Numbered from the stretch's first letter, positions 34,426 to 42,918 are shown. The stretch is 46,615 bases of DNA from a virus (IMGVR_UViG_3300045988_123937:1-46615), one strand, 5' to 3'. Translations and numbers: made by a program. The notes: generated by a model not told the origin, from the letters alone.

Positions 34426-34956
34426 CTACGTCAGTTCATCTTCGAAATACTCTCGGATAAAGTGCTTCCGATCCTTGTCGCAGAGTTTCTCCACGGCTTT
34501 CCGGTAGCAAGATCGCGCCATTTTTTCGGACGGAATATCAGCCGGCGAAGCGTGTCCCATATCCTCGGCGATACTCTTGGCGTGATCGCTGTATATCATT
34601 ACAGCCGTAACCCATAGGGCATTGTCGTTGTAATACGGCTCCTTTTCGACCTCCCCGTCCAGCTTTTCCACGGTTTGCAGGAATGCGTCCTTGCTCCATT
34701 TTGCTCCGGTGTTTCCGTCTTGGTTTACGAGCTTCGCGGCGATCATCTTTGCCTCGGCGTCTGACAGGTAATTATACCAGCATATCGCCTCCATTTTCCC
34801 AAGCCACATTTCGGCGATGGTCGGCGACGTTTCCGCGATTTTCCCGAATGCCCACATCTGGGCTCCCGCGAACACCTTTTCTGCGTGCTCATCGTCCATG
34901 CCGGCCATCTTGTCATGTAGCCGCTCGTATCGTTCTTTCATTTCACTTGATGTCAT
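34426..34956 (-). CDS. Hypothetical protein, 176 aa (GTG alternative at 34974)
   Basis: Last gene of the accessory cassette. Confidence 0.65.
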   Translation of the reverse strand: MTSSEMKERYERLHDKMAGMDDEHAEKVFAGAQMWAFGKIAETSPTIAEMWLGKMEAICWYNYLSDAEAKMIAAKLVNQDGNTGAKWSKDAFLQTVEKLDGEVEKEPYYNDNALWVTAVMIYSDHAKSIAEDMGHASPADIPSEKMARSCYRKAVEKLCDKDRKHFIREYFEDELT

Positions 34957-35029
34957 ATCTAACAGTTTTTGCACGCCCGAACCCGCGGCAGCGGTTTATA
35001 TACTCCCACGATATTTGGCGTATGGATTA

Positions 35030-35347
35030 TTACTGCCGGTTCGACCTTTTCTTTTGAGGACGTTGATCCGGGTTTCTTGTTGTTCTTTGCCATAATATTT
35101 CGTATAATTTCTCCGCACCATAATATGCGAATCCGACCCAATTAGCAATGTATGCCATAAATAGGGATAGCCCTACCGCACATAGTATGTTGCATCCGTT
35201 AACGAGCAGCACAAAGAGCGTAGCCCAGAACGAGAGGCATTTCGGGCATGCCATGACCTGGCTGCCGATCTGCGCGATCTTCTCGGCCAGCCCGAGGTGC
35301 TGCGCAATGGTGGCGCATATCATAGTGAGCAGGGCTATCCACAGCAT
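35030..35347 (-). CDS. Small multi-pass membrane protein with a CPKC motif (reminiscent of DUF1360)
   Basis: MLWIALLTMICA...VMACPKCLSFWATLFVLL...; three hydrophobic spans. Confidence 0.7.
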   Translation of the reverse strand: MLWIALLTMICATIAQHLGLAEKIAQIGSQVMACPKCLSFWATLFVLLVNGCNILCAVGLSLFMAYIANWVGFAYYGAEKLYEILWQRTTRNPDQRPQKKRSNRQ

Positions 35348-35351
35348 ACCG

Positions 35352-35795
35352 CTACGCTGTTGGGGTTGCGGCCGTTGCCACCGTTACGGTGATCGGCGTC
35401 TCCGATACGAATGTCCGGCTGCACGGCTGGCAGGCTGATGCCGCCACGGCGTTCATCGCGGCTCCCTGCTCGATGGTTACGGTGGGTGTCGATGCCGACT
35501 GAATGGGAATCGTGAAATCCTGCGAGAGAGGTTGCTGCTTGGTGCATCCGCATCCGCCGTTACACGGAACATAAGAGATGATGCCCTCGACATGGACGGT
35601 AGCCACATAGCGTCCGGTCCCAACTTGTGACAGCGATTTCAACGAGAACTGCGGATTGAATACCGGAGTGTTGTCTGCGCACGTCGGATAGCAAAGCCGC
35701 TGGGTGATGTTCACCTCATAAAAGTACGGCGAAGCCACCGATCCGGCTGCCAGAACGGGTGTAATAACAGCCGCTTGAATTTTGTTACAGTTCAT
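35352..35795 (-). CDS. Cys-rich, probably exported protein, 147 aa
   Basis: Hydrophobic N-terminus; 8 Cys including CNGGCGC and CQPC. Confidence 0.7.
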   Translation of the reverse strand: MNCNKIQAAVITPVLAAGSVASPYFYEVNITQRLCYPTCADNTPVFNPQFSLKSLSQVGTGRYVATVHVEGIISYVPCNGGCGCTKQQPLSQDFTIPIQSASTPTVTIEQGAAMNAVAASACQPCSRTFVSETPITVTVATAATPTA

Positions 35796-35806
35796 AAAAT
35801 GGGTAA

Positions 35807-36034
35807 TTATTTAGTTTTGCCTCCTACTGTCTCTATTTTTTCATCCGCGCCGGAGGCATTAGGCTCGGAGGTAGGGTATAGTGCATCGTATATCGCATTT
35901 ATTTTCGCCTCGAAGGCGTCTACGCGGCCGTGCAGCGTCACGATATTGTCGTTGGTTACCTGCACGCCAAACAGAATCTGTTCGAAAAGGTCCCGCGGCT
36001 GACGCGGTTCCTGGGGATTGGTGTTCTCGCTCAT
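35807..36034 (-). CDS. Hypothetical protein, 75 aa
   Basis: ATGA overlap with the upstream gene. Confidence 0.6.
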   Translation of the reverse strand: MSENTNPQEPRQPRDLFEQILFGVQVTNDNIVTLHGRVDAFEAKINAIYDALYPTSEPNASGADEKIETVGGKTK

Positions 36035-36222
36035 CGTTTCAGAAAGTTTTGCACGAAAAAGTTGTTCTTGTATTTTATCAGCAGGTCTTTCAGTTTGGAT
36101 GCCGTCACGAGCCCTCCTCGCTGGTAGTTCTCGTTCACGAAATCATAGGCTGTCTGCTGCACCTCCCGGGCTTCCTGCTCGGATTCAGCATATATGTATA
36201 TTTCGATCTTATAGGGTTGCAT
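36031..36222 (-). CDS. Hypothetical protein, 63 aa
   Basis: ORF in the operon. Confidence 0.55.
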   Translation of the reverse strand: MQPYKIEIYIYAESEQEAREVQQTAYDFVNENYQRGGLVTASKLKDLLIKYKNNFFVQNFLKR

Positions 36223-36225
36223 GGC

Positions 36226-36579
36226 TTATAGTTTCGGTAGTGGTGGGACATCGGCTACGGGAGCAGCGGCGCTCACGGTGCTTATAGGCTCTCCGCTTCT
36301 GATAGTTCTGAATAGATTGTAGGCGCCGACTAATTTGTCTTGATTGGCATCGGCCCATCCGAACAGCTCCCCGATGGTTGTTTTTGCCTGCTGGAGCATC
36401 GATGGCGGTACCGGGTCGAAATCGGGGACCTTCTCCATGTCTTTCATGTAGAAATCATACATCCGCTCCATCGTGGCTACATCGCCTTGATACATCTGCA
36501 TAAGCGATCTTTTCAGGGCGTCTTTGGATGTTGTGCGGATTGTGTCCATATTGTGATACTCTTTTTTAGCGAATAGCAT
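36226..36579 (-). CDS. Hypothetical protein, 117 aa (alternative ATG at 36549)
   Basis: ORF in the operon. Confidence 0.6.
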   Translation of the reverse strand: MLFAKKEYHNMDTIRTTSKDALKRSLMQMYQGDVATMERMYDFYMKDMEKVPDFDPVPPSMLQQAKTTIGELFGWADANQDKLVGAYNLFRTIRSGEPISTVSAAAPVADVPPLPKL

Positions 36580-36602
36580 ATCGTAGCGGTTTTAAGGGTT
36601 AA

Positions 36603-36612
36603 GGGGGGGGGG
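36603..36612. repeat. Homopolymeric G10 tract (C10 on the coding strand), 23 nt upstream of the ATG at 36579
   Basis: Counted directly; 3' arm of the minus-strand hairpin GGGGAGGGGCGG-gat-CCGCCCCCCCCCC. Confidence 0.9.
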
Positions 36613-36637
36613 CGGATCCCGCCCCTCCCCGGAAGGG

Positions 36638-37114
36638 CTAACCCTGGCACGTGTCGCAACCACAAGGCTGCGGGGCGGAATACCTCGCCACGCGGAGGAA
36701 ATTGCACCCTCCAATGGCGGAGTTGAGCCCCGAATTGCCATTGATCGCCTGAGCCAGCGCGATTGCTTCGGCGTTCGACAGCGCGTTAGCGCCTGCCCCG
36801 GCGCCTGCACCTGCCCGTACATCAACGTACTGGCTGATCGTAGGGGCATGGTTGTTCTGCCAGCCCTCACGCGAAACGCGCTCCTGGAGCTGCGTCCGGG
36901 CGAGGATGTCGATGGCCTTGCTTGCACCCTCGCTGCGAGCTTTGGATGCCTGGTTAATGCCCCAGATTCCGGCTGCAGCCAGAAGGAGTGCGCCGCCGCC
37001 CAGACCAGCAGCCAGACCGATACCCGTGGCGGCCATGCCGTCGCGGTGCTTGTAGCAATGGCGATTGCTCTCCCACATAGCCAGATCGCCCGACGTTAAA
37101 TAATCTGCTTCCAT
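36638..37114 (-). CDS. Single-pass membrane protein with a Gly/Ala-rich span and a C-terminal CGCDTCQG motif, 158 aa
   Basis: TM AATGIGLAAGLGGGALLLAAAGIWGI; AGAGAGAGA tract; first gene of the cassette. Confidence 0.7.
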   Translation of the reverse strand: MEADYLTSGDLAMWESNRHCYKHRDGMAATGIGLAAGLGGGALLLAAAGIWGINQASKARSEGASKAIDILARTQLQERVSREGWQNNHAPTISQYVDVRAGAGAGAGANALSNAEAIALAQAINGNSGLNSAIGGCNFLRVARYSAPQPCGCDTCQG

Positions 37115-37162
37115 GTATATACATGATTTCGTCCGCCTCTTACCTCTTCAGCGATTGAGGTA

Positions 37163-37214
37163 GCATTGTATTATAGCTACAATGCAAAGGTGGTCAGGCT
37201 CGGCAGGGTGGTCA
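37163..37214 (-). promoter_or_regulatory. Candidate promoter/operator of the accessory cassette
   Basis: Minus strand: TGACCACC x2 followed by TTTGCATTGTA-gctataa-TACAATGC (8-bp palindrome); TTTGCATTGT is shared with the switch promoters. Confidence 0.5.
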
Positions 37215-37529
37215 ACGGGATGATTCGAAGGCTATGCGCACTTTGTTCGCAATGCGTTCAAAGGTCACTTTGAAGATGTGTCCGCTTTGAGAGAGGCGGT
37301 CCTCGAACTGAGAAAGCATTTTTTCGATACCTCGGCGAGAGAAATGCATCATGCGGGCGATCTCGCTGATGTATATACCTTCGCGCCGCAATAGATGAGC
37401 GAGCATGTAACGGGCATCAACCGTTTCGGCCGTGCGACAACACGAAAGGATTTGCTCGGATGTCAATTCCGTTTCATTTGCAACAATATCAAGTATTTTT
37501 GCAAAAATCTCGGTTTTACGTATCTCCAT
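37212..37529 (-). CDS. HTH regulator related to the DnaA C-terminal DNA-binding domain
   Basis: TAETVDARYMLAHLLRREGIYISEIARMMHFSRRGIEKM. Confidence 0.65.
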   Translation of the reverse strand: MEIRKTEIFAKILDIVANETELTSEQILSCCRTAETVDARYMLAHLLRREGIYISEIARMMHFSRRGIEKMLSQFEDRLSQSGHIFKVTFERIANKVRIAFESSR

Positions 37530-37554
37530 ATCAAATATTTAGTTTAAATTTGAC

Positions 37555-37636
37555 ATACCACTAATGTAAAAAGCCATACACCCGAATTAAGGAATAGTCC
37601 TCAATGCTCGGTGCGTATGGCACACATTAGTGGTAT
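37555..37636. repeat. Long inverted repeat: 13-bp perfect outer arms plus 7-bp inner arms
   Basis: ATACCACTAATGT..GCCATAC (37555-79) and GTATGGC..ACATTAGTGGTAT (37615-36). Confidence 0.85.
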
Positions 37637-37723
37637 AATGGAGAGGAGCGTTGGGGACTTTTTATGCTCATTCCCCAATCGCATGGGCTTATATTATTAC
37701 ATAGGCGACTTTTCTTTATATCT

Positions 37724-38224
37724 TTACCAACTCCACAGTACGATCCCGACCTGCACTCCGGCTGTCGGCAGCAAACCTTGCGGCGTGTATCCTACACCCA
37801 CCCCAGCCGTCACGGCAAACCTGTTACGTTTTGTAACGGTTCGGGTAATGGTCCGGTTGTAGGCCTCGATCCAGTCCAGCCGGGGCGCCAAATCCCCGAT
37901 AACGGGGCCGACCACCCGGGCATAGTAGGTAGAGTCTCGGTATTCGAGCGTGCGCACCGGGACTTCCATCTGCACGCTGTCGGCGCCGCTCGCAGCCTCG
38001 ACAACACGCACCACCGTATCCGCGGGAGCAAACAGCAGCCGCGGGACATTCACCGTCACCAGCTGTTCGGAAAAACCGTACGGCTGCGGCTGCTCATAGA
38101 ACACGGTATCGATACGCACTTCCGACATGATTTCCACCGAGGCCGCTCCCCGGCGGTATCCCCATCCGAAGAGCATCGCCCCGGCGACAAGCGCGGCGAG
38201 CAGGTACGAAATCAGAGGTTTCAT
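37724..38224 (-). CDS. Membrane-anchored lysis-associated protein, 166 aa
   Basis: ATG 38224 overlaps the endolysin stop; N-terminal TM MKPLISYLLAALVAGAMLF. Confidence 0.6.
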   Translation of the reverse strand: MKPLISYLLAALVAGAMLFGWGYRRGAASVEIMSEVRIDTVFYEQPQPYGFSEQLVTVNVPRLLFAPADTVVRVVEAASGADSVQMEVPVRTLEYRDSTYYARVVGPVIGDLAPRLDWIEAYNRTITRTVTKRNRFAVTAGVGVGYTPQGLLPTAGVQVGIVLWSW

Positions 38225-38634
38225 CCCTTGATGAATAAATCCCATCCTGACTGTACGTCGGACATTTTGGCTTCCACGCCATTTTCCACGAACGACATTG
38301 CCGCAACTACGGGAACCATCACATCCCGGTTGGTCGCGGTGATTCGGCTATCGGCGGGTACACCCGATCTCTCGGCCACGGTGCGGACGTAGGCGTCCGT
38401 GTGGTTCTCGTTACTGGGCGCCCAGCGGTCGATCATCTTCCGGATGGTGTCCAGCCCATAGTTGCGCTGGTAATTGTTCAGCAGTTTGAATGCAGCCCGA
38501 TACCCGTAGGCCATTGTCGTGAACTGCGCGAAACGACTGTCCTTCGACGGCACGATCTCGCCCCGCCAGGGGTTTCCGCCTTTCGTCTTTTCGATATTCA
38601 GCGGGTTGTTGTTTCTTAATCCTCGCGGAGTCAT
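38221..38634 (-). CDS. Putative muralytic enzyme (endolysin)
   Basis: GLRNNNPLNIEK..W.GE motif recalled from phage cell-wall hydrolases; flanked by membrane proteins. Confidence 0.55.
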   Translation of the reverse strand: MTPRGLRNNNPLNIEKTKGGNPWRGEIVPSKDSRFAQFTTMAYGYRAAFKLLNNYQRNYGLDTIRKMIDRWAPSNENHTDAYVRTVAERSGVPADSRITATNRDVMVPVVAAMSFVENGVEAKMSDVQSGWDLFIKG

Positions 38635-38636
38635 GG

Positions 38637-38807
38637 CTATTTCGTTTTACGGTCCCACCACGATTTGACGATGATGCCAGCCACCAGTCCCACCCCGGCC
38701 GAGATCGTCGAGCAGATGCGGATGCCGTCGGGCAGCAGGTTAAACAGTACGATGCCGGCCACTACGGCGGCGAGCACAATCAATGCGATTTTGGTTGTCT
38801 TTTTCAT
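38637..38807 (-). CDS. Two-TM small membrane protein, 56 aa (holin candidate); not in the ORF track
   Basis: MKKTTKIALIVLAAVVAGIVLF...GVGLVAGIIVKSWW; stop 2 nt before the endolysin ATG. Confidence 0.55.
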   Translation of the reverse strand: MKKTTKIALIVLAAVVAGIVLFNLLPDGIRICSTISAGVGLVAGIIVKSWWDRKTK

Positions 38808-38834
38808 GATCTTGAACTTTTGGAAATGTTTTGT

Positions 38835-39194
38835 TTACGATTCACAGTTTTCATTCTTGCCGAACGGTGGCTGGCGCTTGTCGCATCCCAGGACTTTGCA
38901 TTTGAGAATCGACAGCGCAGTATTCGCAGAGGATAGTTTGTCGTTTCGTTTGCGCAGCTCGGAATTCTCCTTGTACAGGGCGTCGATCTTCGCATCCTTC
39001 CGGTCGAGCGATTCCTTGAGTTCGTCGCAACGGGCCTTTCGCTCTTCGGCGATCCCGCGCCACTCCTCGACGACGGATTTTTCGTTGTCGATCTGCTTGG
39101 CCCGACGATTTTCTTTATAGTAAAGCAAAGACAAGGCTCCGCCGCCAGTCAACAACGCCCCGCCCAAGGAAATGATGATCGTAGTCCAGTCCAT
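38835..39194 (-). CDS. N-terminally anchored coiled-coil protein, 119 aa (lysis accessory/spanin-like)
   Basis: TM IIISLGGALLTGGGALSLLYY followed by a charged helix. Confidence 0.55.
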   Translation of the reverse strand: MDWTTIIISLGGALLTGGGALSLLYYKENRRAKQIDNEKSVVEEWRGIAEERKARCDELKESLDRKDAKIDALYKENSELRKRNDKLSSANTALSILKCKVLGCDKRQPPFGKNENCES

Positions 39195-39195
39195 C

Positions 39196-39492
39196 CTATC
39201 TCGCAGTTAGGGTAAACACGATGAACACCACCCATCCTACGGCTCCTCCTGCGAGCGCCCATAGAATGTCCTGCATGTCGGCTTTCGGGTCGATCTTGCG
39301 CTCCTTTAAAATGGCGGCCGTCAAGACGGCGACCATCGACACCAGCAACGGCAACCACCGCCACCAGGCGCCCAACGGCACGGCCACGATCAACGCCGCG
39401 GAGGCGATGACCGCCCCGACTGCGAAGTGTTGGTATTTGTCCTTGGCAACGGCGTTGAGCCTTCCGACGAGTTTATTGATAAGTCTTTTCAT
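39196..39492 (-). CDS. Three-TM membrane protein, 98 aa (holin candidate)
   Basis: Hydrophobic spans; first gene of the lysis block. Confidence 0.55.
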   Translation of the reverse strand: MKRLINKLVGRLNAVAKDKYQHFAVGAVIASAALIVAVPLGAWWRWLPLLVSMVAVLTAAILKERKIDPKADMQDILWALAGGAVGWVVFIVFTLTAR

Positions 39493-39526
39493 ATATTTGC
39501 GGTATTTCGAGAGTTCGACCGACAGG

Positions 39527-39937
39527 TTACTTATCCGGGAATCGCTCCCTGATCTCGGCCTTTTTGGCCAGGTATAGTGCCTTCTGCTCGTCGGCTTCGA
39601 GTATCTTGCCCTCGGCCAGATAGCCCTCGTAGGCCATCAGGTATTGGTCCGCTTCGGCCCGGTAGGCCATTTCCCGCAACTGTTCGGGATCGGGCTGCGG
39701 CTCCGGTTCGGGCGTGTATTCCCAGCCGACCCGAATGCGGTCATCTTCCTCTGTGTAGACCTCCCGGTAATGCTTCGGCGGATCGGATGGTTCAGGTTGC
39801 TCGTCGAAGATCACCTCTTTGTATCCAAGCGGGATCAGTTTGTCCGGCCGCGGATTGCAGACCAGCCCGTCAGCGGTCCGGATTGAATTGGGCGCATACT
39901 CCATACGCCCGTCGATCAGTTTTGCGTAGTTGTTCAT
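39527..39937 (-). CDS. Putative tail-fibre assembly/chaperone-like protein, 136 aa
   Basis: Directly downstream of the receptor-binding protein; acidic, Pro-rich middle. Confidence 0.45.
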   Translation of the reverse strand: MNNYAKLIDGRMEYAPNSIRTADGLVCNPRPDKLIPLGYKEVIFDEQPEPSDPPKHYREVYTEEDDRIRVGWEYTPEPEPQPDPEQLREMAYRAEADQYLMAYEGYLAEGKILEADEQKALYLAKKAEIRERFPDK

Positions 39938-39943
39938 AGTTCG

Positions 39944-41095
39944 TTATTTGATGATTATTTCCGGCGTTCCGTCAGCAGTCAGGTCATATCCTCCGTCACT
40001 TTGCAACAGCGGCGGCAGGTATTCGTCGTTCAGCGGGAACTGCTTGGCGGAATCCAGCCAGGAAGATACAAGGCCGTTATTATTCGCCACAAGGTTCTGC
40101 GGCAGGTACTCGGCGATGAGCCCTATGGAGGTGACGCTAACATCTTTGATATAGAATTTACCATTTCCGGAAGTGTTGAACATAGGGTAGAATCCGATAG
40201 AGGTCATAGGCACTCCTCTCGTATTCTTAAAAACCGCATAATATTCAGTGAACGATGTTGATGCAATGACATCATGCCTGTAATACGGCAGCCCGGATCC
40301 CGCTCCGACGAAAGAAGCGATACGGCTGTTGTCATCGTCTGCTTTAGCTTTGAATTTCAGCAAAAAATAGCATTCATTTTCTACATTCACAGAAAGAGGC
40401 CTCCATATTCCATTATTATATCCCTGCCCAGTCTCTGTTGGATATGTCACAGCTAAAGCGCCGTCTACAATAGTTGGAGGAATAGATTGCGCATTATATG
40501 ACGACCAACCATCGGTCGTCATAGGAGCCATTAGACGTATATACGGGGTAGTCTGTAACCTGCGCGACTTGGGTACGATATACCCAGCGGGATCACCGTC
40601 GTTGTAGAGGGCCGCTACTTCTTCCGCGGAAAGGGCGTAGTTGAAATGACGGCAGAAATGGACCGGGCTTTTAGTAATATGTAACGGATCTCCAATGCGG
40701 AATAACGCGCTCGGCGTGTATGCTGTTGGTTGCATAGCACCTACCTCGATGCCATTGATATAACACATCGCAGTTGCTCCATCATAGGATATGACGGCAT
40801 GTATATCGTCACCTATTGTCGCCCGACTCACTTGTAGCGACTTATTTCCGCAGTGGAACATTATCGCATCCATTGGCGTGACGGCGATAGCTAGCATCGA
40901 GGTTGAGAATTGTGCCGGTCGTTGAGTGCCATCAGATTGGCGGAGATTAAAGAAGCACTCCATACTCCGCGGACCGTCGAACAATAGCCCGGCATCCGTC
41001 GATTCAAGATACCCTTTCGTGCAATTCACCCCCACCTGCTGCTCGCGTTCGCTGCGCAGCGCGGCGATCTTCAACAAACTTCGTCTGCGGTCCAT
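39944..41095 (-). CDS. Receptor-binding/tail-fibre protein with a LamG (concanavalin-like) domain, 383 aa
   Basis: Trimmed to the ATG at 41095 (2 nt after the upstream stop); ...FNYALSAEEVAALYNDGDP typical of LamG-type lectin folds. Confidence 0.65.
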   Translation of the reverse strand: MDRRRSLLKIAALRSEREQQVGVNCTKGYLESTDAGLLFDGPRSMECFFNLRQSDGTQRPAQFSTSMLAIAVTPMDAIMFHCGNKSLQVSRATIGDDIHAVISYDGATAMCYINGIEVGAMQPTAYTPSALFRIGDPLHITKSPVHFCRHFNYALSAEEVAALYNDGDPAGYIVPKSRRLQTTPYIRLMAPMTTDGWSSYNAQSIPPTIVDGALAVTYPTETGQGYNNGIWRPLSVNVENECYFLLKFKAKADDDNSRIASFVGAGSGLPYYRHDVIASTSFTEYYAVFKNTRGVPMTSIGFYPMFNTSGNGKFYIKDVSVTSIGLIAEYLPQNLVANNNGLVSSWLDSAKQFPLNDEYLPPLLQSDGGYDLTADGTPEIIIK

Positions 41096-41097
41096 GG

Positions 41098-41616
41098 CTA
41101 TTCGATGATTGCGCGGAGTTCCTCGATATTGATCTCGTAGGCTCGATTCGGCGCCGGGGTCTTGTAGCCGATGATGTCCACGAGGTCGTCCGACCAGGTG
41201 AGTTCCGTGGCAACGTTTCCCGATGTGAAGAAGATCGCCGAAGTCCGGGCCGATTTTTCCACGGTCCCGATCTTGAGCGAGGTCAGCTCCCCGCAGATGT
41301 ATTTGTGGTTGCCTTCGACGTTGATCGTGACATCCGCACCTTCGACGTTGACAACGACGGGGGCGGCCGCTGCGGCGGCTTCGAGAGCTGCGGCGGCAGC
41401 GTCGAGGGCGGCGGTTGCGGCATCCGTCGAAGCGGCCCCGGACGCCAAAACCTGCCACCAAGCCCCGTCCGTCACCGGGTGTCCGAGGTTGTTATCCTGA
41501 AGTGAAACGTAAGACGAATCGCCCGCTGTAACGAAGTCCAGGCGCTCGTATGTAATGCTCGCCGAATACGCCTTTTTGGGCGTAAGGCCCACTTTCCCTA
41601 AATTTGTCTTTGCCAT
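41098..41616 (-). CDS. Tail-fibre protein, 172 aa
   Basis: N-terminal KKAYSASITYERLDFVTAGDSSYVSLQDN..W pattern common in phage fibres; Ala-rich coiled segment. Confidence 0.6.
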   Translation of the reverse strand: MAKTNLGKVGLTPKKAYSASITYERLDFVTAGDSSYVSLQDNNLGHPVTDGAWWQVLASGAASTDAATAALDAAAAALEAAAAAAPVVVNVEGADVTINVEGNHKYICGELTSLKIGTVEKSARTSAIFFTSGNVATELTWSDDLVDIIGYKTPAPNRAYEINIEELRAIIE

Positions 41617-41621
41617 ATCTT

Positions 41622-42536
41622 TCAGTCGTTAATTTCGTAATGCAAATGCCCGTCCTGAAGTTCGAACTCGGAACCGCGGCCGTAGCCGGGCTGGTAATTC
41701 ACGCCCAGGAGCATTGTCGCCGGATCAATGTCGAACGTGGCGAAGATCGGACCGCCATCCGAGCGGACGGATGAGGTGATATAGTCTTTCGCCTCTTCAT
41801 CCCAGAAGGCCCAGTAATTCGTATCGTCGACCGTTACGATCTTCGGAGGGTGGTCGGCCAGAGATTTCGCACGCGCGGCCTGGAGGTCGGCGTTTGAGGC
41901 TGAAGTGTCGGCTTTAACGACGACCTCCGCCACGACAGCGGTCACAAGCTCTCCGTCAGAATAGATATTGCCTTCCTCGTCGGCCGATATTTGGGGAGTT
42001 TCGCCTTTGATCCCCGAAAATTTAAGAGCTATAGTTCGTTTTTCGGGGGTGCCTCCAAGTTGAACTTCTACGTTTGGTGCGCCGGTTGTATTATTAACTG
42101 AAGCGGTTATGTTTTCTATTTGTCCGGCGTCTCCTGGCTCGCCTTTGAGTGTGGCAATGATCGTATTGATCTGCTCAATGGGCAGTTCTTCCGATGTTCC
42201 ACTCCACAACTCAATGCTGGTGCATCCCGGCGTTGTGATATTCATTTCACCGTCGGGGAATAGACTGTCAGGGACATCTCGCTTCATCTGGTAGCACAGG
42301 ATGCCGGGCGCAAGATGGTGCCTATCCACAAGCACCAGAATGGAATTATCTTCAAGTGGCACGCACCGCCTGTAAACTGACCCGTCAAACGAGGCCACAT
42401 AAGTATTATACGCCGGGGTGTCCGGTGTCTTTAGCTCGATGCGCCAAGGATAATCCGGGAGTTTGCCGTCTGGAAATGAAAACACCACTCGGAAATCACT
42501 GGCATAATTGACGTGGCGAATATTGTCGTCAGCCAT
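41622..42536 (-). CDS. Tail-fibre/baseplate protein, 304 aa
   Basis: Short collagen-like KGEPGDAG/GIKGETP segments; tail-module position. Confidence 0.55.
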   Translation of the reverse strand: MADDNIRHVNYASDFRVVFSFPDGKLPDYPWRIELKTPDTPAYNTYVASFDGSVYRRCVPLEDNSILVLVDRHHLAPGILCYQMKRDVPDSLFPDGEMNITTPGCTSIELWSGTSEELPIEQINTIIATLKGEPGDAGQIENITASVNNTTGAPNVEVQLGGTPEKRTIALKFSGIKGETPQISADEEGNIYSDGELVTAVVAEVVVKADTSASNADLQAARAKSLADHPPKIVTVDDTNYWAFWDEEAKDYITSSVRSDGGPIFATFDIDPATMLLGVNYQPGYGRGSEFELQDGHLHYEIND

Positions 42537-42537
42537 A

Positions 42538-42918
42538 TTATTCCTCTTTGCGATTGAAAGATCCTATCTCGTACTCGTCGTAATCCTTTGCAAGGACTTC
42601 AAAATCGTCCCGGTGCTTCAGGTCTTGCGAGATATACCATTCAGCGGCCGGAGCTGTGATATTGTCGGCGGTATAAACTTTGCCTTTATATCTGAAAGCG
42701 ACACCCCTCTTAAGAATGTATCCGCCGTTTTCCTGCTTGTTCATAGTCCGTAAAATTAGTATTGCCGCATCGTGATGACAGTTCGGGCACCGGGCGTTGA
42801 ATGATGCGGTGAAATCCTTGCCCGTGACCTGCTTCCAATCTGCCCTGATAACAGACTTGTCGGCATCGGATAGAGAGGGGGCAGAAACCCTCCCTCTATA
42901 CCATTCAGCTGATTGCAT
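42538..42918 (-). CDS. Hypothetical tail-module protein, 126 aa (Cys4 pattern)
   Basis: Trimmed to the ATG at 42918; the track ORF began at an upstream GTG. Confidence 0.55.
   Translation of the reverse strand: MQSAEWYRGRVSAPSLSDADKSVIRADWKQVTGKDFTASFNARCPNCHHDAAILILRTMNKQENGGYILKRGVAFRYKGKVYTADNITAPAAEWYISQDLKHRDDFEVLAKDYDEYEIGSFNRKEE

Noticed and set aside
37664-38392. 242-aa plus-strand ORF across the lysis genes
   Set aside because: It is antisense to two tightly coupled minus-strand genes and has an Arg/His/Pro-rich composition.
41096-41461. Arg-rich N-terminal extension of ORF 39944..41461 (505 aa)
   Set aside because: It lies wholly within the fibre gene 41098..41616 in another frame, and its composition (RRPRRCRRSSRSRRSGRP) is typical of an out-of-frame GC-rich read. 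A proper ATG at 41095 sits 2 nt after the upstream stop.
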